NCBI GenBank assembly: GCA_964016885.1
Contig: CAXHJY010001044.1
Location: 15,196-79,195, forward strand
Direction of reading: 5' to 3'
Source: Eledone cirrhosa
Lineage: Eukaryota
Length of the DNA stretch: 64,000 nt
Shown: positions 46,326 through 58,683 of the stretch, piece after piece
How positions within the stretch are numbered: the stretch's first letter is position 1
Layout of the letters: every line of letters starts with the position of its first letter
Notes under the pieces: model-generated
Database searches by the model: none
Seen by the model: only the letters and a program-made list of their open reading frames with translations
What the model was told of the DNA's origin: nothing
Position numbers and translations under genes: made by a program

Positions 46326-47373
46326 ATGTCTATATATATATATAATGTCTATATATATATATATATAATGTCTATATATATATATATATATATATAATGT
46401 CTATATATATATATATATAATGTCTATATATATATATATATATATATATAATGTCTATATATATATAATGTCTATATATATATATATATATAATGTCTAT
46501 ATATATATAATGTCTATATATATATATATACAATGTCTACTGGTAACATGTATCCAAGTACAACCTGTCTCATGGTCGGATCGTTGGCGACCAAACTGGC
46601 AACCCCACCAAGGTTTCTTGGTGAGGAGGGTGACTTTGGACATCCTGCAGAACTAAAAACAAAACCTGTCAAAGGGCAAAGGAGCTCTTAAGAGTCAATG
46701 GCTATCCAAAATCACCGGGAGAGATGACCCCTTAGCCTTTGTCAAGGCAGAATTCTAGGAGAAGGAAAACTCTGATATAACACCTGCAACCCTGATGGTA
46801 TCCAATGATGTTGACTTGTTCTTCTTTTTGGTAAATATCATCTTGGTTAAGAGAGTGGGACTGGCTTTGTGCAGTGCCTTTGCTCACTATAAAAGCTTCA
46901 CGGCACAGGCATTGCTTTATATCTGGAGATCTCTCTGGACTTGTCGTCACATGCTACCATGGGCCCAGCACTGTGTGTCAATAATTGTCACAAGTGTAGT
47001 GTTTGTACCAGAGTTTTCAAGTCGCTGGCTGGACTAAAAAGTCACACTCGTTCAGCGCATCGGTAGGGGTTCTCCTACATGGATATAAAGTAGTGGCCGT
47101 ACTCGAAAACGAGTTGGCAGCCACCATATAATGTATATATATATATAATGTCTATATATATATAATGTCTATATATATATATATAATGTCTATATATATA
47201 TATAATGTCTATATATATATATATATATATATATAATGTCTATATATATATATATATAATGTTTATATATATATATAATGTATATATATATATATATATA
47301 ATGTATATATATATATATATATAATGTATATATATATATATATATATAATGTATATATATATATATATATATA

Positions 47374-47459
<86 letters not shown>

Positions 47460-47518
47460 ATGTCTATATATATATATATATATATATAATGTCTATATAT
47501 ATATATATATATATATAA

Positions 47519-47556
<38 letters not shown>

Positions 47557-47990
47557 TATATATATATATATATATAATGTCTATATATATATATATATAT
47601 AATGTCTATATATATATATATATATAATGTCTATATATATATATATATATAATGTCTATATATATATATAATGTCTATATATATATATATATATAATGTC
47701 TATATATATATATATATATAATGTCTATATATATATAATGTCTATATATATATATATATATAATGTCTATATATATATATATAATGTCTATATATATATA
47801 TATAATGTATATATATATATATGTATATATATAATGTCTATATATATATATATATATATAATGTCTATATATATATATATATATATAATGTCTATATATA
47901 TATATATATATATAATGTATATATATATATATATATATATAATGTCTATATATATATATATATATATAATGTATATATATATATATATAC

Positions 47991-48024
<34 letters not shown>

Positions 48025-48070
48025 GTATATATATATATATATATATATATAATGTATATATATATATATA
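45245..48070. repeat. TAATGTA(TA)n / TAATGTCTA(TA)n minisatellite interrupted by an RTE-like insertion
   Basis: Direct inspection. Confidence 0.95.
46537..47125 (+). mobile_element. Non-autonomous RTE-like element (slightly 5'-truncated, 3' end intact)
   Basis: Highly similar to 57270-57850. Contains CTAGGAGAAGGAAAACTCTGAT (an RTE 5'UTR-type motif), a terminal CSVCTRVFKSLAGLKSHTRSAH* C2H2 finger and the 3' hairpin ACTCG-AAAA-CGAGT. Confidence 0.8.
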
Positions 48071-48443
48071 TAAATAAAACCATATTCCAATATTTATCAG
48101 AAACACAGATGCGTCGAACAGAGTAGAATGACACAGGTACATTGACGGGTGATGGAGGTCAACAAACGGTAATACATATTTGCAACACTCAAGTAGAAAG
48201 CAACCAAATATGTGGCTTAAAAAGTGGAAAAGATTAAAGGTCATATCGTAAATTACAGCCTTGAAACTTCGACGCTTTTGAAATTTTAAAAAGGAAAAAA
48301 AAAGATGATAAAAACCATTGATATGAAAAATAAACTACGTCAAAATTTTCAAATTCTTTCAGTAATTAGCAAGACAGCTTTTTTTGTTATTGTTGGTTTT
48401 ATTTTTTATTTTACTAATTTAATTTTGTCCTCCGTCTCCCCCT

Positions 48444-49324
48444 CCTCCTTTCTCTTCTTTTTCTTGTTTTTTTTCTCTCTCATTATTATTTATTATTATT
48501 GGGTCTGAACGGACGTCATTCTGCTCGCTCTCGTAAGTTTATTTATTTACCAGTCAAAACTTATTTATTGAATTTTTTGTTTTTGTGTAAGGGATACAAG
48601 CCCTTAGACTTTGCCCTGTGAATGGGAAAGCAAATTTTTGGGCTTTTTGGCCCAAATATTTGAACTCTTTTACATTTTAAAAAATTATCGAACAAAAAAA
48701 AACATGGCTCAGTCACGCCCCCCAGCGATATGAGCAAACCTCCTTTCTCTTCTTTTTCTTGTTTTTTTTTTCTCTCATTATTATTTATTATTATTGGGTC
48801 TGAACGGACGTCATTCTGCTCGCTCTGGTAAGTTTATTTATTTACTTGTCAAAACTTATTTATTGAATTTTTGTTTTTGTGTAAGGGATACAAGCCCTTG
48901 GACTTTGCCCTGTGAATTGGAAAGCAAATTTGGGGGCTTTTGGGCCTAAATATTTGAACTTTTTTACATAAAAAAAAACTATCGAAAAATAAAAAACATG
49001 GCTCAGTCACGCCCCCCAGCGATATGAGCAAACCTCCTTTCTCTTCTTTTTCTTGTTTTTTTTTCTCTCATTATTATTTATTATTATTGGGTCTGAACGG
49101 ACGTCATTCTGCTCGCTCTGGTAAGTTTATTTATTTACCTGTCAAATCTTATTTATTGAATTTTTGTTTTTGTGTAACCGATACAAGCCCTTGGACTTTG
49201 CCCTGTGAATGGGAAAGCAAATTTTTGGGCTTTTTGGCCTAAATGTTTGAACTTTTTTACATTAAAAATAACTCTCGAAAAATAAAAAACATGGCTCAGC
49301 CACGCCCCCAGCGATATGAGCAGA
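48444..49324 (+). repeat. Three ~293-bp tandem units comprising the LINE 5' region and the first codons of ORF1
   Basis: Units start at 48444, 48739 and 49033. Each has GTCATTCTGCTCGCTCT(C/G)GTAAGT and ends ATGGCTCAG.CACGCCCC...CAGCGATATGAGCA. Confidence 0.92.
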
Positions 49325-50572
49325 CCTGGGCCAACTTAACTGTCCCGGTAGAAGCTATTGAGGCAGTGGAGCGCAGAACGGTGCATTACAGATGCATCTC
49401 AGTACAAACCAAAACGGCAGCTTTAATTCCACAAGCAGATGTCGAAGTCGCGCCGCGGTGCATCAGGAATGACACCGAATACATAGCGAGGGCAGACAAT
49501 ACGGCACCATTTTGGTGCTGTTTGAGTCAAAGCCCTCGCTATGAAACATGCTATGACACCTTGCAAAACCAGCAAGGTCATAATGTACCCCTCCCACGTG
49601 GGAAAAAGAACGGCCCGTCTCCGCATTCCCAGAATCCCGCCAGGACTTGACATGTGGTTGCTTCAGGGATGTGTGATTGTGGAGGGAACGCATACCGTCC
49701 CGATAGAAGTGACAAGAACTGCCAGAGAGGTCTGATCTGAGGTTGACCTGGAGATACTTCTCCATATCAAGCCGGAGAATATCAAGACAATCCCGGACCA
49801 CATCCATCTTCAGAATGGACCACATCCGTCTTCAGACCAGGATTTCCGACACGCCCTCACTAGCCCCCATTTTCGACGACTATCAGGTCTTTGCATCTGT
49901 TAGTCGGCCGGGAATGGGAGGTGGGGTGGCAGTGCTATTTAGGAAAGGGACCCGGACGGTAGGTTGGTGGTTCTGGACGTGAACAATAACGAAGGTGGTG
50001 CCTTTAGACTGGTGGCCGTCTACGTTCCTACTGGGGCAGGACGGCCGGACTTCTTTAGACGCCTGGAAGCCGGTCTGGGTACATCTCGCCCTTTACTTTT
50101 AGCGGGGGACTGGAACGGCATCTTAGACGCACTCTTTGACCGTGGGAGTATCCAATAGGAGCGAGGGGGGGGGGGGGGGCAAAAGCCTGAAGAACCTGAT
50201 CAGCCTGTTCCAACTGTCTGACAGGTACCGACTAGATTTCCCTAATGCCCCAGTGTGGACCTGGACTAACCGCATAGGGTCATCTAGATCGTATATAGAC
50301 AGGATATTCATTAGGAAAATAGATAGAAATAGTCTAAGCTGTCCACGTTTTAAAACGGTCGCTTATTCAGATCATAATTTTGTGAAGTGAATGGTCGACC
50401 TAGATAAGACGCGTAGGTTAGGACCTGGTTACTGGAAGCTGAACATGTCATTTCCGGCACGTATAGCTTACAGGGACCAGGTCAGCTTGGAGCGGCTCCT
50501 CTTCAAATTCTTGTGGAGGGGTCAGGTTCCGTTGGTGAGGCGGTCCATCTGCTGCCAGCATCCTCTACGTGG
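49291..50572 (+). mobile_element. Internally deleted Tx1/L1-clade LINE (ORF1 start, APE endonuclease, post-RT fragment)
   Basis: Motifs GGVAVLF, LVAVYVP, LAGDWN, VWTW...SRSYIDRIF, YSDH and GYWKLN, then LERLLFKFLWRG...RRSICCQHP. Frameshifted, with no RT core. Confidence 0.9.
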
Positions 50573-52629
50573 ATATATATATATTTAGTCCGGCATATTG
50601 CCGGTTTTGGTATGAGTCTGCCATCACATACAAGTTACATAACATGTGATATTGCATTTATTTCAAAACACTTATTAAATGATTAAAGAAATTACATCCG
50701 ATGTGATTTGTTTCAAACATTTGCTGTGTATCAGAATTGTAAGAGAGAGGAAAATAGATGTGTGTGTGTGTGAGTATATGGAGGTGTAACTGTGTATGTG
50801 TGCGTGTTTGTGAAGATGGGTGTGTTGTAGGTGTCTGGTGGTGTGTTAGTGGAGGTGTCGGTGTTGAATGTTTAGCGGTACGTGTGAAAGTCTGTTTGGA
50901 GGTGTGTATGTGGAGGTATGTGTATCCAAGTGTACGTGTGACTGTGTGTATGTTTGTGTACAGTTGTACATGTGTGTGTGTAGGAAACTATGCATGTATA
51001 TGATGTTGTACATGTGTGTTGAAGGTTTATATATATGTATGTGTACATATATGTATGTTTATGTATCGATGTCTGATAAATAAGCGTTAGCCACAATTTT
51101 CAATGAAAAGTCAATTAAATTTTGTCTAGACAAAATAGTGATATTCATAACTGTTAAAGAGAGAATGGCATAGATATATTAAGCTGAGTTGCTATACACA
51201 CAGAAACTACGTAGTTAGTGTTAATCGTAGGAACCTGTTTATGGTTGTGTTACGAGCTGCTAGAAACAGCAGTCTCCCTCAAGTCAAGCTTCATAATAAT
51301 ATATCAATTTGAAGGAAAGAATAACTTGTGGGGTTAATATCTTTTAGAATTAATTTTAAAAATGCTGGAAGAAGACAAGGAAAACAGCCGAAACCCTAGA
51401 TAGTTCCTCCTCATCAGGGGACCTCTACAGGTCAGAGGGATTTCAGTGCATTAAGGTGACTATCAGTCACTTGCAACATCGATTTGCCAGCATCCTTGGT
51501 TCCAGATCCACGCCGGATCTATTTCGTTATATTTCCATGTGGTCACGACTTATAAAAACCCCAGCTTTTATCTAACAATGTATATAACTCAGTCTTTGCA
51601 TCAAATTAGTAGCAGTAATATACTGGGGTAAATCAGTCGATACAATTAATCTTCTTCATTAATTTCTTGATTACAAAAATTCATAAATAATTATTACTAC
51701 CAATATTTGGATTTGTGTCTAGCCAAAAATAATTAATGATCAAAAATATCGTGTTAGATTCACCATTGGTTTGTTTTCATTGTTACCGTTATCATTATTT
51801 GTTATGTTTGTTTTTATTGTGGTTATTGTTGTTATTGCTGTTTTGTGTCCTTATTGTATATTTGTATTCGATTTATTTGTTTACCCCCCCCCCCCCCCCC
51901 CACCACCACCCCACCCTCCGTCACCCAGCCACCATCTCTCTCTCCTGTAATTATGTTTTCCGCCATCAATATTTAGTTTCAACCGAGAGTGTATATCATA
52001 TTGCAATTTAAATGAAAGCCTTGCTGGAGACGATACATTTATTTATTTTGTGAATTTCAGGCAAAGGGGTTATACACAACAAATAGAGAATCTCACGACC
52101 AATAATGTTTGACTTCTAAGCACGCTATTAGCAAATATTATAATTTCATGTCGCCATCTCACAATCATATATCACTCATTGTATTAATTAAAGTCAAATT
52201 TGTTATTCTTTCATTAATTTATCCGACATTTCTGATATGTTTGGTTTAACTTAATACAATTTCATTACTGACATTTTCCAGTAAAAATAAAGACTATATT
52301 TTTAACTGATACTTTATTTAGTTATCAACTACTGTTTCAGTGGCTCTCAAATTTGTATTATTCAATCAACACAGATTCTATGTTTAACAGGTCAAAGCAG
52401 GGCTACGTTTGTTTTCAGTTATTTTTACAACGTATTTTGATTTCTAGACAGAAGTTAAAATATATTGACATTTCTATCTTCTCCGGAGAGAAACTAAAAA
52501 CACGAACGTCAAAACGTTTAGTTCAGTCAGTAAAAACATAAGTTTCTGCGTTAACACTAATTGTAACAAGCCAGGATCGAGTGTTTATGTGGTATCTAGA
52601 CCTACTACAAATATCAACTAAATCTTCCT

Positions 52630-52711
52630 GTCGTCGTGGCTGAGTGGTTAAGACGATGGACTATAAATTCATTGGGACCACCCCGCGTAGGTTCGAACCC
52701 TATCAGCGTCC
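52630..52711 (+). tRNA. tRNA-Ser(AGA)-derived pseudogene with anticodon ATA
   Basis: GTCGTCGTGGCTGAGTGGTTAAGACGATGGACT-ATA-AATTCATTGGGACCACCCCGCGTAGGTTCGAACCCTAT is colinear with animal tRNA-Ser, including the long variable arm. It has two acceptor-stem mismatches and discriminator C. Confidence 0.85.
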
Positions 52712-52818
52712 TGTTACTAAATTGAAAGAAATATCGACGCACTGATTTTTAAAAATGTAAAGATCATTGTTTAATAGAGACCCTGGTTGAGGAAAGGATA
52801 TGGTGGGTTAAGTTAGGC

Positions 52819-52920
52819 ATGTCTTGAGCCAGATATCTACTCAATTAAGTATGACTTGAGCCAGAGGTTTACAGGATCAAGTATGATTTGAGCCAGAGAC
52901 CTACAGGATCAAGTATGACC
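52819..52920 (+). repeat. 32-bp tandem x3 (ATGACTTGAGCCAGA...AAGT)
   Basis: Direct inspection. Confidence 0.8.
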
Positions 52921-52999
52921 TTCGGTTATAAGCAACTAAATCAAGAAAAATAACAAACAAACCTACAACATCAAACTTATTATAGCTTGCAAATAAGGG

Positions 53000-53198
53000 A
53001 GATTGGCACAGGGTCAAGGCCAACAATTTAAAGGGAACAGAAAAGTCGATAAAATTGACCCCAGTGAATCACTGGTATGTTATTCTATCTACCCCTTTAG
53101 AATGAAAGGTAAAGTTAACCTCAGTGGGATTTGAACTCAAGACGTAGAGGGGCGTACCAGTATGCCACAAAGCATACCAATATTGTCAATCCACCGCC
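53000..53198 (-). mobile_element. SINE (Meta-like core)
   Basis: GAAAGGTAAAGTTAACCTC.GTGGGATTTGAACTC...CAATCCACCGCC as in 35099-35267. Confidence 0.8.
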
Positions 53199-53221
53199 AA
53201 ATTATAATTATGTTGATAATA

Positions 53222-53433
53222 ATGATTTCTACTATAGGCACAAGGCCAGTCATTTTTGGGGGGAGGGGAAAGTCGATTAAATCGACCCTAGTATGTTACT
53301 GGTTCTTTATTTTATCTACCCCGTGAGGATGAAAGGGAAAGTTAACAACGGCGGTATTTGAACACAAAGCTTAAAGGGCTGTAACTCTATGCTTACAAAG
53401 CATGGAGCCCGGCCCTCTACCGATACTGCCAAT
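53222..53433 (-). mobile_element. SINE (Meta-like core), tandem with the previous copy
   Basis: TTTCTACTATAGGCACAAGGCC...GGATGAAAGG...CTCTACCGATACTGCCAA. Confidence 0.85.
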
Positions 53434-54336
53434 AAGGAATTCTAGGTTTTAAAAAGATAATCAATTCAGTTTCTACGCTAATCATTCTTACGATATAAGC
53501 GGTAGAGTTTCCTGGTTGTGGCTTCTTCCAAACTGGAAACTGACAACTAAGTAAAGAATGTTGTTAACAGGAGAATTGAAAGGATATTGGTTAAAAGAAG
53601 CGAACAGGAATAAATATGAAATAAAAGTGAAATTGTTTTAGGTGACAGCAGATTAGTCGCTGTAGTTATTCAATTATTTTAGCTGGAATCTTTCAATATT
53701 CTAAGCAAATATTTTTATTCAGCCTCGTGCTGCTACCGCTGCAAATTCTGATGTTAATGCTGCTGTTGTTGTTGCTGTTGTTAATGCTGTTGTTGTTGTT
53801 CTGACTGGTGTTGTTTCTATTGTTGTTGCTGTTGTTATTGTTGTTGTTGCCGTTGGTGTATGCAGAAATATGAAAATCTGACGTATAGACGCTGATGCAT
53901 CAATCACAAATATGTAGGCATAAGTTATCATATATATATTATATAAATATGTATGTATGTATGTATGTATAATATATATGTATATATATATATATATATA
54001 CCCACACATATAAATATATATACCCACACATATAAATATATATACCCACACACACACATATACCCACACACACACATATATACACACACACATACACACC
54101 CTCGCTCGCACGTAAATATGCATTTCTGATTGACAGACATGTACAAAAACGTAATACACGCACACAAGCACATATGTATATCTATATATATATACATACA
54201 TCTTTATATATATATATATTCTGCATATTCATATATATATATATATACATACATCTTTATATATATATATATATATGAATATGCAGAATATACAGAATAT
54301 GTATATATCTATGTATGTATGTATGCATGTATATAT

Positions 54337-54381
<45 letters not shown>

Positions 54382-54562
54382 TATATATATATATATATAG
54401 AATGTATGTCTATAAATGTATGTATGTGTATGTGTATATGAAACAGAAAATTTATCGCATCTAAAGCTTTGCTGACAAAAAAGCAGATCAATGAAGTGGC
54501 AGCTGTTTGTGACACACTGTAACAATTGATGTGTTTCTTCTTCCAGTTTTCGCATCGCAAAT

Positions 54563-54735
54563 CTATCTAATCCACTTGTATGCTAATCTAGCCTTGAATA
54601 TAAAGTTAACTTTGTCTGCTTGCTCGAATATATTTGGGAATTCACGAAGCTTTAAAGATAACTGCAAAGAATGGCAAACAGTAGGATTATAGCAAGACAT
54701 TAAATATTCTCTAAGGTTTTGGAAATCCATATACT
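54563..54735 (-). other. Possible orphan exon, kinase subdomain-V-like start
   Basis: T-rich tract + GGCAG acceptor, then (E)YMDFQNLREYL. No convincing donor or partner exons. Confidence 0.2.
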
Positions 54736-55581
54736 CTGCCAAAATAAAAAAAATAAAACAAATAATAATAATAAAATAAAAAATATCTAAATAAAAAAAA
54801 CTGATCGATAATTTTATGTGTATCTGCACACATACATTGGCATTCTATTAACACCTATGCATTAATGGAATGCACGTGAATACACGATGAAGAAGAGGAA
54901 CAAGACTGATGAGGCGAGGAAGAAGGAGAAGCAAAGAAGGGGTAGAGGAGGAAGAGGAGAAAAATGAAGGGAAGTAGTGACGTTATATCGTCTGTAATAC
55001 TAAAACAAGAGGGTGGTGGTGTGTTATAAAAAATGTTCCACTGCATATCCCATAATTTGCGATTCATCAAATACAAATAGGGAAAATTTGGAGATAAAAA
55101 AAATTTGGATTGATTTTAGGAAATAACATATGTATGTGAAACAAAAGACAAACACATGAAAAAAATACAAAAAATCGGCGGCATTTTGAATAAATTCTTG
55201 TGAAAATATAGTATTTTTTTTTTTTTTTTTGCTAATTATATATTCAGGAATGTAGGGATGTAAGGGGGAGATAAGCATTGGTATTCTCATGCTAAAAGTC
55301 GTATTGAGTGGTTAAATTTCGTTTTACATAAAATATACATTTTGTTAAGAATGCATTAGCATAAACATTTCATAAACATATATATATATGTAAGTATACA
55401 TATATATATATATGTATATACGCACATACGTATGTATTTATGTATGTATTTATGTAATGTGCATCTCTGTCAGTATGTATGGCTGTTACGATGGGTGTAT
55501 ACATTTACATATATATACCTAAAACAGATATTTAACGCTCACAGACAGCAAAGCCCATTACTCTCCACACGCGTGTACACG

Positions 55582-55630
<49 letters not shown>

Positions 55631-55681
55631 GCACACCTATATATATTTACACACATACCTATACACACACACACAAACACG

Positions 55682-55731
<50 letters not shown>

Positions 55732-55945
55732 TGTGTGAGTATATATTCTTAATTTCACAAAGTGTATGTATATGTGTATGAGTGTATGACTCTTCGTGAT
55801 TGTATAGCTAGAATATAAAGAAATGTGTGTATGTTAGTAAGAGACCATAATAAGTTGACTGTGGCTTGTAAATATACGTCTGTCTGGCGTACTTTAATGT
55901 CAATGCCTCTGCCAGCTTGTCTATTTATCTTTCTCTCTCTCTATC

Positions 55946-55990
<45 letters not shown>

Positions 55991-56029
55991 GCACATCTCA
56001 CATTGTATTAGCGGAATTCGTGGTCAATT

Positions 56030-56440
56030 CCTTTCTGTCTACTTATTTCCACCTTGCAGTATTTTTTCAGCTTCCTTGCAGTAAGTTTAAATTCCTTAGA
56101 GTTTGTTTTGATTTTCTCATTCCATTCCAAGTGTGGAACCACTTGCTTGGTGGGTTAGGTTTCTTCCCTGAAGATCTTCTGTCCAGCTGTTCTGAGAGAT
56201 TCCTAACACCACTCCTGGCTTTATTAAAGAACAACTATAGAATATTGAGCTGAAGTGTTTTAAGGGCATCGGAGTTGATGCCTTGTCTTATATGCTTCGA
56301 ATCGTTCCTATCTGAATTTAAATCACGTGGTGATGTAGTCACGTGGTAGACCTAATTCAACACCCACTTTAAGAACATCAACTAACTCTTGTGTGTATTT
56401 AATAATATCTACACTATCGCAAGCATTTCAATAATGTCTT
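56030..56440 (-). mobile_element. Degenerate LINE 3' coding remnant
   Basis: Minus translation ...WNEKIKTNSKEFKLTARKLKNTARWEI resembles the W...V..D.....A.DR..W C-terminus of RTE/CR1-type ORFs. Confidence 0.35.
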
Positions 56441-56453
56441 AGGTTTAACGATA

Positions 56454-56485
<32 letters not shown>

Positions 56486-56749
56486 CAAGCAAGCAATTAT
56501 GCCAGGGAGATCTTCTCACTAAGCAATAGAAATATGAACCCCGAAAGGAAAGTGAAGACGTTTGCAATATTTAATATATGTTTTATTATACATCATTTTA
56601 TACAGGAGAGGCGGTGGAATATAATTAGACACAGTTTTACAAAGAATGAACACGTATATTTTCATGGTTGAAATATATGTCTGAAAAGAGAAGGAAATAT
56701 CTTATAAGGATAATCTGTAAAACTTGTATTAGGTTCGGTTGCAGACATA

Positions 56750-57150
56750 TATATATAATGTACAAATGTATATATATATATATATATATGTATGTACAAA
56801 TGTATATATATGTATGTACAAATGTATATATATATGTATGTACAAATGTATATATATGTATGTACAAATGTATATATATATATATGTATGTATGTACAAA
56901 TGTATATATATATGTATGTATGTATGTACAAATGTATATATATATATATATGTATGTATGTATGTACAAATGTATATATATATGTATGTATGTATGTACA
57001 AATGTATATATATATATATGTATGTATGTACAAATGTATATATATATGTATGTACAAATGTATATATATATATATATGTATGTATGTACAAATGTATATA
57101 TATATATATATATGTATGTATGTACAAATGTATATATGTATGTACAAATG

Positions 57151-57185
<35 letters not shown>

Positions 57186-57269
57186 GTACAAATGTATGTA
57201 TGTACAAATGTATATATATATGTATGTATGTACAAATGTATATATATGTGTGTATGTATGTATATATAT
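56750..57269. repeat. TA-scaffold minisatellite with GTACAAATG units
   Basis: About 17 units. Confidence 0.9.
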
Positions 57270-57850
57270 GTCAGGTCACCAGTTGGTGCTACTGGTAACA
57301 TGTATTCCAGTAAAACCTGTCCCATGGTCGGGTCGTTGGCGACTAAACTGGCAACCCCACCAAGGTTTCTTGGTGAGGAGAGTGACTTTGGACATCCTGC
57401 AGGACTAAAAACAAAACCTGTCAAAGTGCAAAGGAGCTCTTAAGAGTCAATGGCCATCCAAAATCACCGGGAGAGATGACCCCTTAGCCTTTGTCAAGGC
57501 AGAATTCTAGGAGAAGGAAAACTGATATAACACCTGCAACCCTGATGGTATCCAATGATGTTGACTTGTTCTTCTTTTTGGTAAATATCATCTTGGTTAA
57601 GAGAGTGGGACTGGCTTTGTGCAGTGCCTTTGCTCACTATAAAAGCTTCACGGCACAGGCATTGCTTTATATCTGGAGATCTCTCTGCACTTGTCGTCAC
57701 ATGGTACCATGGGCCCAGCACTGTGTCAATAATTGTCACAAGTGTAGTGTTTGTACCAGAGTTTTCAAGTCGCTGGCTGGACAAAAAAGTCACACTCGTT
57801 CAGCGCATCCGTAAGGGTTCTCCTACATGGATATAAAGTAGTGGCCGTAC
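57270..57850 (+). mobile_element. Non-autonomous RTE-like element (5' intact, 3' clipped within the hairpin)
   Basis: Near-identical to 46537-47102. The ORF track shows CHKCSVCTRVFKSLAGQKSHTRSAHP. Confidence 0.8.
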
Positions 57851-58262
57851 AGACATATATATATACTGTATATATATTTATTAAAATAACATATTAAAGT
57901 TTAAGCAAAGAATCGCTGCTTTCATATATATATATATATATATGTGTGTATGTACATATGTATATATATATATATATATATGTATGTGTTTGTGTATATA
58001 TATATAATATATTTAATATATATTAATTTTTTTGTGTGATAATCTTGTTGATGTATCATAGCTAGACATATGTCAATGATTCGTCTTGAAATAATTGAAT
58101 CCGGCTCATTTGAAATAGAGATGGAGAACAATATCATGTAGAAATGTGATGGATTTAGTGACAGGTTTATGTAGATCACTGCTTTAAAGTACACACATGT
58201 GTAGTAGGCGTAGATGTCTACTTAGAAACGTGTTTGACTACACTCACACATACACATTCATA

Positions 58263-58301
<39 letters not shown>

Positions 58302-58621
58302 GCCAGTGTGTGTATATATATGTATATATACATGCCAGTGTGTATATATATATATATATATACATGCCAGTGTGTGTGTATATATATATATATATATCAA
58401 ATGTAGAAAAGTAGCACACGAGTTTATATATATATATATATATACATATTTGTTTGTGTAAATGTGTGTGTGTATATATATAAATATCGAATGTAGAAAA
58501 GTAGCACACGAGTTGATATATATATATACATATTTTTTTGTGTAAATCTGTGGGTATATATATATATATATATATATATATACGATGTTATACACACGCG
58601 CACGCACGCACGCACACACAC

Positions 58622-58683
<62 letters not shown>

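Noticed and set aside
51385-51421. CTGATGAGG (minus) next to CCGAAACCCTAG (plus)
   Set aside because: The two core halves are on opposite strands; at best a rearranged relic.
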